From the NCBI GenBank assembly GCA_964035545.1, contig OZ037765.1, forward strand, positions 31,867,504 through 31,931,503: 64,000 nt of DNA, read 5' to 3'. The notes under the pieces are model-generated. The model was given only the letters and a program-made list of their open reading frames with translations. It was not told the DNA's origin and searched no databases. Position numbers and translations under genes: made by a program. Below, one piece after another: positions 1 to 34,000 of the stretch (positions are counted from its first letter, which is position 1; every line of letters starts with the position of its first letter). This DNA comes from Bugula neritina (lineage: Eukaryota > Animalia > Bryozoa).

Positions 1-577
1 AATGTTATGGTTCATAATAATAACAAAATTGAATACATGTTTTAAATTTTATGTTTGAGCCATTTATAAAAAGTTAAATTATTCCCAAAAATAGAGGCAT
101 ACTAAAATAAACCATGTAAATATTCATTGAGAAAATCCAATAAATTGTGGCGTCAAACAACTGTATAATATGTTTAGAAAAATTTCTCAGGCGTAGCACA
201 TGTTTATAGCAAAAAAACTGAAACTCATTTTCATTACAAAATTATGCATACAACATACTAATTAATTCTATAACAAATGACAATAATATATATAGTAAAT
301 TTAGGAGCTGGAGATTTCATGGCTAAATTTTGTTGTGATATAGCTATTTTTGGCTTTATATACACTACAAAACCTATTCCAACTTTTTACAGAATATTAT
401 TTTTATTTTGCTATTGTTAAATGGAAAATAATTTTACTGTTTAGTTAGCCAATGAAAACCGCTTTCTTATTCTTATTACAATATTATAGCCTATTTAAAA
501 TTTCTAATACAGTTATAGTTTTTATCAGTCGTAATTGTTACATAATGACTCAAATAGAACTGGAACTTGGAACTTAC

Positions 578-21538
<20,961 letters not shown>

Positions 21539-21821
21539 AACTTACAGCTGATTCTTGTGAAAATAGTTTATAACTAATCAGCTAAGGAATTTCATGATGG
21601 TGGTATCTCTATGGCTTGCTTAGTTCTTATCACCCACAAAATGCTAGAGATATTAACTGTGAATTGTTAAAGAAAAAAGCCATTAATTGAACTTATTTAT
21701 GTGGTTTGTTGCAAATAGGCTAGAAATCAACAGCCAGCTGTCCATATGTGTTGTATATTATAGACAGTAGACTACTGATGTAAATTTAGCGCTTCACTCA
21801 ACTTCTCAGCAATCCAAAAGC

Positions 21822-21930
21822 AAATGCAAATACAAGGGCCAAGTATGGCAACTTTGGAAATCAAATGGCAAATACAAATGGCAAATGGCAAACACAAATA
21901 GCAAGTGGCAAATACAGATGGCAAATGGTA
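21822..21930. repeat. Short degenerate tandem repeat (ATGGCAAATACAA-like)
   Basis: About 6 imperfect copies of aaatggcaaatac upstream of the first ABCC coding exon. Confidence 0.6.
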
Positions 21931-24007
21931 TACAAAAAATATATGTGTCTTGTGAATAAGATTTCAAACTTTATACAAGTATTGTTATTAAATACAAATA
22001 TTTTTTCAGAGCCTGTGCATGATCCCAAGAAACTACACTCTTAAATATTTAGCCAACAAGTAAGTAAATAAATGTTAATAAATACCTTCTTACTGCTTGC
22101 AGTTCAACTCCTGAATGTTAGCTAATGTTTTCACCTCTAAAACCAAAGATTTGTACTATTTAAGAATACAAGCTTATTTTCTAGATATGCCAGACGCAAG
22201 CATGACTCCTGTCACGGGTATGAGATTATATAGTAATTTAGTGACAGGTGAAAATATATAATTAATTGTGATACTTAATGGGTAATATGTAGTTTAGCCT
22301 ATAATGAAGTTTATGCATGCATGATTAGTTATTTAAAAAGCTTCTTCAGCCTGTCTTGATTTATGCATTTCAGGCATTTGACTGTATTATAGCAACTGGT
22401 GTGAGGTGTGTGTCTGTGCCGGTGATGTCACACATTATTGCTAGTAAAAATATGCACGATCTACACTGGCATGACCTACCTAAACATGATTCACATTGAC
22501 ATAATGATCTACATACAATGACATAATATATAACACCTGCAATGATAAATTCAAAATATACATACATATTTTCTTTATAATAAAATGAATATACTCACTC
22601 GTTCCAATAGAAATCTAAAAACTTTTGTACTGCAACTGTGACTTGTTGCATTTTGTTGTTATTCTAATGAGCACCTTTTAAACTAGTTGCGGTGAAAAAA
22701 CTACTCAGTGCACGTATTCAGAATTGGCTAGATTGTTATCGACGTGTCTAATGACTCAGTTCAAAAGAGGTAAAGGACATTGAAAAAGAAATTTGATCAC
22801 ACAAATACTGATATTAAATCATAGAGTGTGAGAATATAACTATAGTACAAACCTTCAATGCTTGAATAACCCTAAGAGTAAAAGTAGCAAAGTAGAATCA
22901 ATGTCTTCAGTATGTAGCACATAGGCCATTACATAACTAATGTCATTCACAAAGTGTCATGATTACCATAAGAACTGTAAGCATAACAACTAAACCCAAT
23001 ACATGCTGTTCTCTCATACTGCTTATATGCCTTATCGTATTGAGTTCTGAAAAACTCCATCTGAGCAGCAGCTGTAAACAATATACAAACTCTTTGCCCA
23101 TAAAGCTCTCGTAATATCATGTATATGTTCTGCAGCTATAGAACATAACTCAATCTCAGGCTTTCATATATGCAGCAATGATTCAGCCCATTAAGCCTCA
23201 AAATATATGTTGGAGAACTATTAAGTGTTTAGGATGATGGCTCTAAAACTTACTTTCATTTTTGAATGTGATTAATCAGTCTATAGCTAGTTTGAAATGC
23301 TTATATGCCTGATGGCATATTTGCAGGGTATTGGGATAAGTTACAGCAGACTACCTAAACTTATAACTGAAGTTGTCTGCCCCAGTATGGTATCAGCTTC
23401 TAAAAGCTTTTACTAAAGTTATTAAATTTTTTTTGAGACCAACAATTTGTCACGAGCCAGTAACAATCAAAGTCTATTTTATGACTTTAAGAGTTGAGCC
23501 TTTTAATATTAGTTTAAAATCTTTACTGCTTCTTTTAGTTTTTCATTAAGAAATAAATTGTATTATTGATTTGCAGTTTACATCAGATGATGAATAAAGT
23601 TGCCATTTCTTGTTGATATATAAATTATTTTTATTCAAAAAAAACTGCCAGTCGCTAGTTATTATGCAATAATATGTTTAAAGCATTTGAAGTTGCTTGT
23701 GGCAAACCTGTTAATTATTTATAAGTATATCCTATAGAATAAATAAATTTGAATAAAGTAGGTTAGCTGGCAATAATTTTTTCTAAAACAGTTTATCAAA
23801 TACTTTTCAGCTCATAATTTATAATGACAGTAAGCTATCCAATAATTTTAATGACTATGAATCATTTTTATTATTATTAATTAGTTTTACATTTAGGGCT
23901 CATTTTGAATATATATTATTCATCAACAAATTTCTTTTTGCTATTTATTGGAAAAATAACTTTTTTCAAAGGCAAAACTCTAAAGTTGATAAAAAAAATT
24001 AACTTTC

Positions 24008-26144
24008 TTAACTCTCAGGAAACTCATTTTCAAGGTTGACACTTGTACAGAACTGTTGGAGACCAAAATGGTTGACTAGTATTCTTTCTGAAGATATCAG
24101 AGAACTTTCTGACCATCCGTAGAAAGAACCATCTGTTTTGGTAGAAGAAAAGAAAACATCTCCTGCAATATAGATGTGAGCTTCAGGGAATGGTTTCAGC
24201 ATCTTGAACTGTAGCTGATACGCATCAACTCCGATTTGTGAAATGCTGCCAGCTGATATGGAACTCTGGTCCCAGATTTTAACAGCAGCACTAACTGGAC
24301 TTGGTATATTCTTTAAAGCTAAAAAGTATGATTTATATAAAAGTAAACATAGAAACAACGATATAAGTATACCATGGTCTGTAAGGGTTTAACACTAAAT
24401 TGGATAATTTCAAAGTCTCAAAGGCTAGAAAAACAACATTGTTATCAAAGTAACTCAACCGACATATAATAGAAATACAGTTAAAGTAGAAAAAGTTATA
24501 ATTTCTTTTCACACAATATCTAAGATAAAGTATTTAATAATGAAAACTTGTTAGTATGCTTAAGGAGTAATAGATACCAGAAATTTTGCTTTCTTTACTT
24601 ATTATATAAACTCACAGAACACTCTGCACAGCTGATCTTGTACGTAGTCCACCAACTTTTGACTGGGCAGATACTCAGCAGCAACTTCTCCAGCAGAAGG
24701 TTTAAACCTTTCATATTTAGACTGATTCAGTCCCTTGAATACTTCAGCATATCTGAATGTAAAGGCAGCCATGAGTGTAGAATATCCGTTCCTCTTTGCT
24801 TCTGGCCCGAGAGCTGTAACTGACGAAATGGGTAAATCGGTGTAAATTCGTCCTGACGCCAAACCAGCCTTTTCCCACCACGCTTCCTTGTAGGTTAAAA
24901 AAACTTTAGCCGCTTGTAATGTTGAAATATTTGAAAAGAGCTGTTGAAACTGTACACTTCTACGACATGGACTTCTCCATGAAATCATATCAATTCCTCT
25001 CTTATTGCAGGCCAGAATCAGTTTTCTTCCATCAAATGGAGTTTCAGAGGGAGTTGTCATGACATCAAATGAATTCTCATTTTCAATAATTTCCACTACC
25101 TTTGAGCCAGTTATTAAACTCACATTACTCAACGATCCAATTTTCAAAACCAACTGTTTTATGACGCTTGTCATTCCTCCATTTACGTAATGAATTCCAT
25201 CTAATGGGTTTGAGCTGTCTACCACTCCATATTGCTTAATGTAGGATGTGACATCAGCCACTGTGGTTGACAGTGAGTGAAGGGCAATACCTTTGCATAA
25301 GAGGCCCACATTAGGTGCATGCGAGAAGTACTGTTGAAGATTCATATCTGTGGCTTTTTGGCCAGTTTCTCCAACAGTTCCTTCAAATATGTTTCCATTT
25401 TCAGGTACATTGACAAGATAATTATAGTTAGCTGGCTTCAAATATGGCAGGTCTTCCTCATTTAACTGGTAAAGTTTCTTGTAATCATCAATACATCGAA
25501 TTGTAGTATTCAGGTAATATGCTAAGATGTTACTGTCTAGCTCTACAGTGTCATCATTCTGCTTGTCAATACTCAAGTCTAAGCTTCTGATTAGCTGATG
25601 CAACGTTCTATGACGCAAGGGAAATAACCTGAATTACGCAATAACAATGATTATTCATAATAGCCTTTTAGAATAGCAATAGCAACAGCATCAGAAATAT
25701 AATGCATATCTGGTGACAGTATAGTTTAATAGACACGTGGCTATGAATTTTGTATACGTTTCTGTTAATTTTGTTGCCATGTTACAAAGTAGAATCATTG
25801 CATCGGCAAATAAACTGCTTGTTGTTTTAAGATTTTCTAGCATAACTTTTTTTTCTTTGTTTTAAACGGATTTTTATATCTGATTCTTAAAAATAAAGGT
25901 TTGTTTATATACATTAAACTATCAACACCTTTTTTTTAATTTTTGCTTCACTGAAAAGTCTCAAAACTTACCTCATTGCACCAAGATCTGCCACGTAACC
26001 TCCCGGCATCTTACAGCTCAGGTATCTGCCTCCAAACCTTTCATCAGCTTCAAGTACCAAAACTTTGAGGGTGGTAGCCGTACCCAGCCTCCACGCAGTG
26101 TATAAACCACTTATTCCTCCGCCAACAATTATCACATCATACAT
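24008..26144 (-). CDS. Flavin-dependent amine oxidase / L-amino-acid oxidase-like protein (3 exons: 26144-25972, 25628-24616, 24318-24008)
   Basis: Exon 1 MYDVIIVGGGISGLYTAWRL...LEADERFGGRY...DLGAMR (GxGxxG, RxGGR and GAMR motifs); NGGMTSVIKQL; KVFLTYKEAWW; C-terminal IYIAGD...GWSESSL. Splice phases are compatible. Confidence 0.88.
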
Positions 26145-27549
26145 TGCGTCTCTTTAGGTAGTACCCAGCTTCTCTTCGGTTTGTGTACCCTGAGTGTGTG
26201 CGGGAATATTAAGCAGATTTACAAGTTTCCGGAATATTCTGACGTCTATTAATCATTATTAACCTTAATCTTTTAACTATCCCGCACTTACTGTTAAAAA
26301 CAAAAACAGGTCTATAGGCTACTTTACTCCATAGTCTATCAGTCAGCTAAATACTAAGGAGTAGCTAGTGAAAAAAATCAAAGATGAAAAATAAATTAGG
26401 TAAAATTTTCAAGCCAGGCCTCCAAAATAAACGCCTTTAAAAATACCCTTAAACTTGCATAAACATGCTATCTGTAATAATATGCTAAACTTGATAGTTA
26501 GGTTCAGAAGTCTATAATAGTTTGCTTATTGAAATTTGCTATTCAGCCTTGAACTGAACTTCCAAGTCTGCAATTATTTGATATAGGCATTATCTTGAAT
26601 AGAGGTCTAGGTGACGTATAGCTTTCTTTTGTAATAATTGATCAGTGAAGCATATAACATTGGTGTAAACACTGAACTGAAACTAGATTATAGTTCAATG
26701 GGTGTAAATAGTTTCGGTTTCAACCATGTTTTTCAAGTCACCAAACTCAAGTGGCATGCATCTAGACATACATATAAATGTAATATATTTTATATATATA
26801 TATTTAAGCCACGATGATGCCAGTTGCTGTTATTGTTACCTACCTTGACTCAATCACCAACAATCTTGTGCTAATGCTGAATTAAAAAAGCAAAATTTTC
26901 AATTTTGGCAGATGTTATAGCGATATCTGTGTCTATTTTCTTAAATAAAAATGTCTGGCTATTTCCTTTAAAAGATAGGTAAAAGTAAATTTGGAAATTC
27001 TGAATAAGTAAATAAAGAACAAGCTTCTCTAGTTGAAGATTTTTAGCCCTGACTGCCTGGTTTGTTCATATTTCTGTCTGTCCCACTGCAAAGTTATTCG
27101 CATGCAAATTATTATTTAATTCAGGTAAATTAGCCGAGTTTAATATATTGAACAACTGAAAAGAAGGGGCCTATCAAATCTCAACTCACCCAGCTTAGAT
27201 GTAATTTGACCAATTACCTTGAAAATCTAGCGAAGCGGATCAATCCTGAACTGGACTTTGTAAGCAGAGAGTAAAAAGAGGCGTGGCTTATGTTTAGTTA
27301 AATATTATTATGTTTAGTGTGCAGCTGCTTTAAGTTACAGTTTTATATTCCCTTGTAGTGACATAACAATTAATGTTCAGCAGACACGCAAGCACATAGG
27401 CAGACTGACTGATGCATATAAGCACACACGCACTGGTTCTATCGAATTCCTTAGCCTATTGGGGTTATCTGCATAATTAACTGTCCTTCAATATTTAGAG
27501 TTGTTTTCAATGAGCTGCAATGATTTTCAATCGAATCTTGGATGGTTTT

Positions 27550-28041
27550 ATCCCAGATAGATGCTTCCCTGTTGGATGCTAGGCTAAATTTCCCACTTGG
27601 ACGCTTCCCAGTTAGACGCTGTTTTTATTTTGGTGCCATATATAGTAATATACCTATATATATACTCATATAACTGTTGCATTGATTGCTAAATAGCTAA
27701 AATGTAAATAGATACAATAGCTAACATGAATTATCTGGAATAGTATCCTAATTTCTATAGATTTGTGTAAGACAAAAAAACAGTAACATATTAATAATAA
27801 ACATTATTATTAATTAATGAATACTCATTAACAAAATATCTGTTCATGCAAACAAGAAGCAAAAAATATGTAAAATTAATATTATGTTAATGCAAATCAA
27901 AGAAGTTTATTTATGTGCTCAATACATGCTTTATTTATATATACATATATATTTAAATAATATTCAAATAAATTGCACATAAAATATATATCGTACCAAT
28001 ATAAATTAATAACGTTTAACTGGGAAGCGTCTATCTGGGAT
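27550..28041. mobile_element. MITE-like element with ~20-bp inverted repeats
   Basis: ATCCCAGATAGATGCTTCCC (27550) vs GGGAAGCGTCTATCTGGGAT (28022), 19/20 inverted; subterminal copies of GACGCTTCCCAG; AT-rich interior. Confidence 0.55.
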
Positions 28042-31008
28042 GACACCTCTTAGATAAAGCTACCATTAAACTCTCTGTAGAGAATAAGAAAATAGTCAGA
28101 CACATCCAAGTGAATGAAAATTAGAAAATAGTTTGAGTTTGTAGATGGATGAACAAAATCTGTTCGAAGTGCCACAATTGCTGCTTACTTCTACAATTTA
28201 TATACAAAAGCTAGATGTTGTCATAGTGAAGAGGTCACTCTGTGTAATTGACCTACTATGAGAAACTATTTATATAAGCTATAACTATGGGCAATAATGG
28301 AGAAGCTAAACTATTGACATTCTTAAATAAGTTTTTGTTATGCTGCCAACAGAATAAGTAATTAACAATTCATTTTTAATTAGAAAATCAAATTAAGGTT
28401 ACCTTGTAGGTTAAGTGTTAATTAGTGTTGATATATGTATTGTAGATTAAGCTTTTAGAGCTCTGTAAATATACAAGGTTTTAGCTGTAGTGCATTAGTA
28501 AAAATGCTTGTTTTTTGTAGCAAAAAGCCATGTAGGCTATAATAATTTTAGAAAAGCATAAGAATTATAGCTTACTGGGTTAGGTTGCTAGCCGAGTTTA
28601 CTAATACTAATAGTGTATATACGTCACTATATATATATTAAGGTTAGTATAGTTTAAAAAATTAAGCTGTTGTCACTCATCCCAAAACTTGAAAGTTCTG
28701 CTAAACTAGAAAAATTCATATAACAAGCATTTACTAATCATAAGCTAATCATAAAAAATTATACGCTAACTTAGTTTTTCATTGTTTACAAGATAACATA
28801 ACTCCAAGTTACTAATTGTACGTGTGCATCTTTAGTATAGGCTTGAGAAGGGTGGCCATGCTGATTTTTAAACAACAAAACCAAGTATTACTACTGGTAA
28901 CTTTTGAAACTGCTGAAAAAAATCATTTTAAATTGGAGAAAAGTGTATTATGTAATCATTTTCATGAGATGTCAATCATTTTCATGGTATGGCTGCATTT
29001 GCTAGCATGTCTGCATGGTATTATATGTAAGCATAAATATAAAGGATAATAGATTAGATCTATACATACTACATCATTCTGATTTCTTTAAGTTTGTCAT
29101 TTATTTTTTATACATTTGCTTAGCTTTATACCCGTATAAGAATTTAATTAATGTGGGTTGGTTGTGCTACGTTGTGGAGTTGCCCTCTTTAAATTGCAGT
29201 GTAAAACATTAGGAATATAACTCCAAATTGTAAAAGATTATCGCGTTTCAATTCGGAAAAAATTATTATTTCCAGTTTGTCAGTAGATCATAAAATATAG
29301 AATATACATTATAAACAACATATTCCTTATAACTTGAACTGCCTTAAGAACTCGTGAGCTTCTTGCTGCAAAATAATTCCGAAGATAATTAAAGTATAAC
29401 TTCTTTACTCAGTCTATTATTGAATTAGTTGAGCATACCATCAAGTATTAACTGATTTATTCAACTACATGGGCAATTTAGTTCATAGAATCAAAATAGA
29501 GCCTGTTTAGATTTTATAAATTTAGCAGTAAGGTGAATAAAATAGCTTACAGGCTGAACTAGCTATTAAGGACTAATGAGTTGGCTGATGAAAACGTTGA
29601 TAAATATCACATTGATAAACCTGTTGCTGGCTTGGTCTGGAAATTATTTGATAGACTAGAATGATTTTCCACATACAAGACTTAGTATTGTGATATACGT
29701 GGGACATGCTATGTTACCCCCCTCCCTCCATAGACTTGGTATTTCTTTATTTCAGAGTTCATATATATAGAAGTTAAGAAGTCATGAACGGTACATTTTG
29801 ACAATGAAGCAAAGTGAAACAGCCAGAATTCTTCCAGTGTTGATGTGCTTTTCTCATAAAAATTCTTGTTTGTATATTATATAAGCAGGGCAAATTCTCT
29901 TTTAAAACAATTCATGCATAGCATTTAGAGAAGGTGTGGAGGGTTTCCACCATGTGGAATCTTAAGTTCTTGGTGGTTGCCCCACCAAGTTGACAGAGCT
30001 GTTTTCCCCTTTCAAGTCTAGGCACCCTCAGAGTAATTTATTGTCAACACTTGGTAAATGATGTAAGGAAACAGTATTGGTGAAGGTCGAACAAGTCTAG
30101 CAAAATCACGGACTATTCAGCACTGCTTTACGTCATTATTTTTTTAAATTCTACAATATTACTTTCACAATTAGTAATCCTCTTTGGTAAATGAAATAAA
30201 ATACATTCACATGCAAGTGTCAACGCCATAGTTTACATGTTTGATGAGATATAATGGGTAGAACTAGGAGATTAGCTGCACAACTGAAATATTAAGTCAC
30301 CCTTGGTTGTCACAGGTAGCTGATTACAGATCCTGGTTTGGTCCAGGGCACAGAACTTGCGTACAGACCACAACACAGAATACAATATAAATAATTATTA
30401 TATTTATTTAATGTGACTTGCTAGTGAAAAAATATAATAAATTGTAAAAGAATAAGCAAAAAGGAAGAAAATATGCTACGATATTACATTTCATGTTCAA
30501 TTATTATTATAGTCACAATACATGATGTCTAGTATTACAATGCTGAAAATCTAGCCTTGTAAATAGCTAGCTCTTGAAACAAAACATGACTGGGCAGCTA
30601 AGCACCACTAAATAAGAAAAATGAGATTGCAGTCTCTTTGAATAAGCAAAATTCCAAACATATTTTTTATAAATTGCAGCCTCAAAAATTTCATGTGGCA
30701 TGAGTAGAGACCAGAGTAGGCTAAACTAGAGGAGTAGTTTATTCTAATGAGATATATTATGTAACACCATTAATCTTCTATCCCCTCCAATTTTCTTGTC
30801 TCTAATGCCCAACATAAATCAGATAAGTAATTAAATTGTAATATAAAACTGGAGTAGAGTGCTATAGTCTCAGTCCATAGAGCAGTTGATGGCACTTTTA
30901 AATTGTTTTGCCATAACATAGCACTGCTAGCAAATGCCACAGCATGTGTGGTCTAGAAAAGCACCTGGTTACTTCTGCTCCATGGCAGAGCGTGTGACAC
31001 TGGAGCTG

Positions 31009-34000
31009 CTAGGTCAGATAATGCGAGAGAGAGGTGGGTTTAGAAGAGTCTTCGTCTATCAGCATCTCCACGGTTCTCTTCCACTCGGAGAACGGAATGC
31101 GTGTGCTCTTCTCCAGAGCCGAGCAATCTTTATCTCTCGACAGGTAGTGGTCGGCCCAAAACACCAGCAACTCTCTGAAAAAAAAGGTAGTCAAATTAGA
31201 TGTCAGTTTGTCACTAGAAAACAGAATAAGACACCCACTCTATTGGTAATAAAAGATGGAATGGATAGTAAATCCTGTTGTAACAAGCTACAAGACAGAA
31301 ATAAACAGCCCGATTACCAGATTCTGTCTCCCTTGAAATGCAGACCCACAGTTACTGTTGGTTAGAATTTCTTTATTATTCAGACTGATCAGCTAAATAT
31401 TTAAATTTATTTTCATTGTTTTGTTCAATTTACATAAAAATATAATTAAAACGAAGATAGAACAGTACTATACAGACACAGTGCAGTGATTTGTACTTCA
31501 ATCGGCTTATGCTTGAAAACACATCTGGTTTCTCGTATGGTAAAGTACAATGGCCAGTTTACACAGTAGGTAGTGTAGCACTGCACAGTAGGTAGTGTAG
31601 CACTGTATAGTATGTAGTGTAGCACTGTATAGTATGTAGTGTAGCACTGCATAGTATGTAGTGTAGCACTACATAGTAGGTAGAGTAGCACTGTATAGTA
31701 GGTAGTGTAGCACTGCATAGTATGTAGTGTAGCACTGTATTGTAGGTAGTGTAGCAGTGTATAGTATGAAGTGTAGCAATGTATAGTAGGTAGTGCAGCA
31801 CTGTATATTAGGTAGTGTAGCACTGCATAGAAGGTAGTGTAGGACAGTATAGTAGGTAATGTAGCAGTGTATAGTAGGTAGTGTAGCACTGTATAGTAGG
31901 TAGTGTAGCACTGTATAGTAGGTAGTGTAGCACTGTATAGTAGGTAGTGTAGCACTGTATAGTAGGTAGTGTAGCACTGTATAGTTGGTAGTGTAGCACT
32001 GTATAGTAGGTAGTGTAGCACAGTATAGTGTAATGGATTTGTCCTCTCATATATTCATGTCTTTTAGTTACCTATTATAGTTATTTTTTTTGCAATTATA
32101 AAGTTTTTATTAAATAGTATTTGTGTTAGCTTTGATTATTTTTACAATTAATATTAGTTTTTTTTGTTAGTCTAACTGCGCAAAGGTTAACTTCCTGCTG
32201 CGCACGGGGGGGGGGGGGGGGGGGGAAGATAGAGAGGGTCGGACATTTTTGTAGGGATAGTTAGTAATTAGTTAGCTTAGCGTGGTCACGTTTTAATTAC
32301 CTAATAAAGAATCATAAACGTATCCAAGTAAGTTCTGTTTGATATTATAATAACAGGCAGCAGTAAAGTGATTACAATACCATCGAACTGCAGCAATATT
32401 CAGTATACTAGAAGGTTGTCTAATTATAATTGTTCATCGCTTTTATAATTAGTCTAAGGTTGACAATAGTTTACACTGTTAATCCCAGTGTAGTTATTGG
32501 TTGCAAGTAATTAATTATTCATTAATTCTTGCTGTTGCCTGGTTTATAACTGCTTATCCCAGTCATAGCCAGTTTTATATTGTAGGCTGCAATAAGTAAA
32601 GGCAGGTTGTGGCAGCAAGAGAATAATCCTTTCTTGTTGTCTCCAGTTGATACTGTATTTGACAGGTTATCCCTGTTAAAACAGTAGTCATACACTTATC
32701 ACAATAACCCCCACAAGTAGTTGTGTAGAGGCAACGTTAGTTCACTCGCCTTACAGTAAAAATCCTCTACACTGGTGGCAGCGGTGGGATCAGTTATTAA
32801 AGATAAGTGGTTAGTTGATTCTTGTTGTTCAAATTGAATATTTACATCTCTACTTTGCATTTCTCCTATAATGCCTCCTCGTAGACGTCAACGAACTCCA
32901 TCTCCAGTTCGTGAAGATCCATTAAACAGATTAGTTGACTTACTACAAGTAAGTAGAGATAGGAGAGATAATTTCAGGTTAAAGAAGTTTGATGGCTCCG
33001 GAGATGTGGAGTTGTATCTCCAGCACTTTCAGGAGATCAAAGAAGCCAATGGATGGACAGATACAGGAGCTCTGTTACACCTTAAGTGTGCTCTGGAAGG
33101 GGCAGCGACTGATTGTGGCAGAGGGAGCACACTTGAGTTAGTGTGCCAGGCCCTGCAAAGCCGGTTCGGCATGAGCACTAGGTGTGCTCGTGAGAAGTTA
33201 CACCAACTGAAATACGAACCGAATAGTTCTCTCCTTGTCCTTGGCTCAGAAGTAGAGCGGCTCGTCTCAATTGGGTACCCAGACACTGATTCACAGTCTA
33301 GAAATACAATTGCTTTAGATGCTTTTATGAGGGCTCTGAATCATAATGTTTTAAGAAGGCATCTGATGTTTCTGCCAATTGAATGTGTGTCAGATGCTGC
33401 CAAAGTAGCACAAGACTACTTTGATATTGGAAACAGTGGTAGGAGTCGTCCTTCTACTTCTGCAGTTGAAATAGAATCAGCACCAGCAGCTCAACCTTCC
33501 ATCAACATCGGAAGGGAACCCACCATGGAAATGCTGATGGTCTCAGCAGAATGACTTGCTATGATTGCAAGCAATGCCGGAAGATTGAAGTTCGAGATGG
33601 AGGGCCCACTAGAGCAGAAATTTCCGAGGAACTTGTTGCTGGCAGTGATGTATCAGATGGCTCATCCCCACCTGACATTGCTGTTGTAAGAGCTTTGGGA
33701 TCATCTTCCAACTCTAGCGGTAACAAGCAAGAATCTTCTGCTGATCCAAAACATTTCTCAGATACACCTCTGGTCTACCACCCACAAATTCCTAAAGAAA
33801 TAGATCTGCCTAAAAACTCCACAACAGATGAATTATCTTCGTCTGTAGTGCCGGTGGAAGAATTATCTTCTTCTGCCTCACTGGTGAAGGCTGGATCGAG
33901 TGGAACGAACTGCGACAAAGTAGCAACATTGCAACAACAATCGGGCGATGTGGCTACTATCTACGAAGCTGTCAAGAGAAACGTAGACTTGTCCAGTTCA

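Noticed and set aside
31446-32050. Tyr/Cys-rich ORFs up to 191 aa
   Set aside because: Translations of the 22-bp minisatellite in an intron.
32946-32954. Consensus donor CAA|GTAAGT within element 2 gag as partner for the ORF3 acceptor
   Set aside because: Joining it to 35559 puts ORF3 out of frame with the gag ATG.
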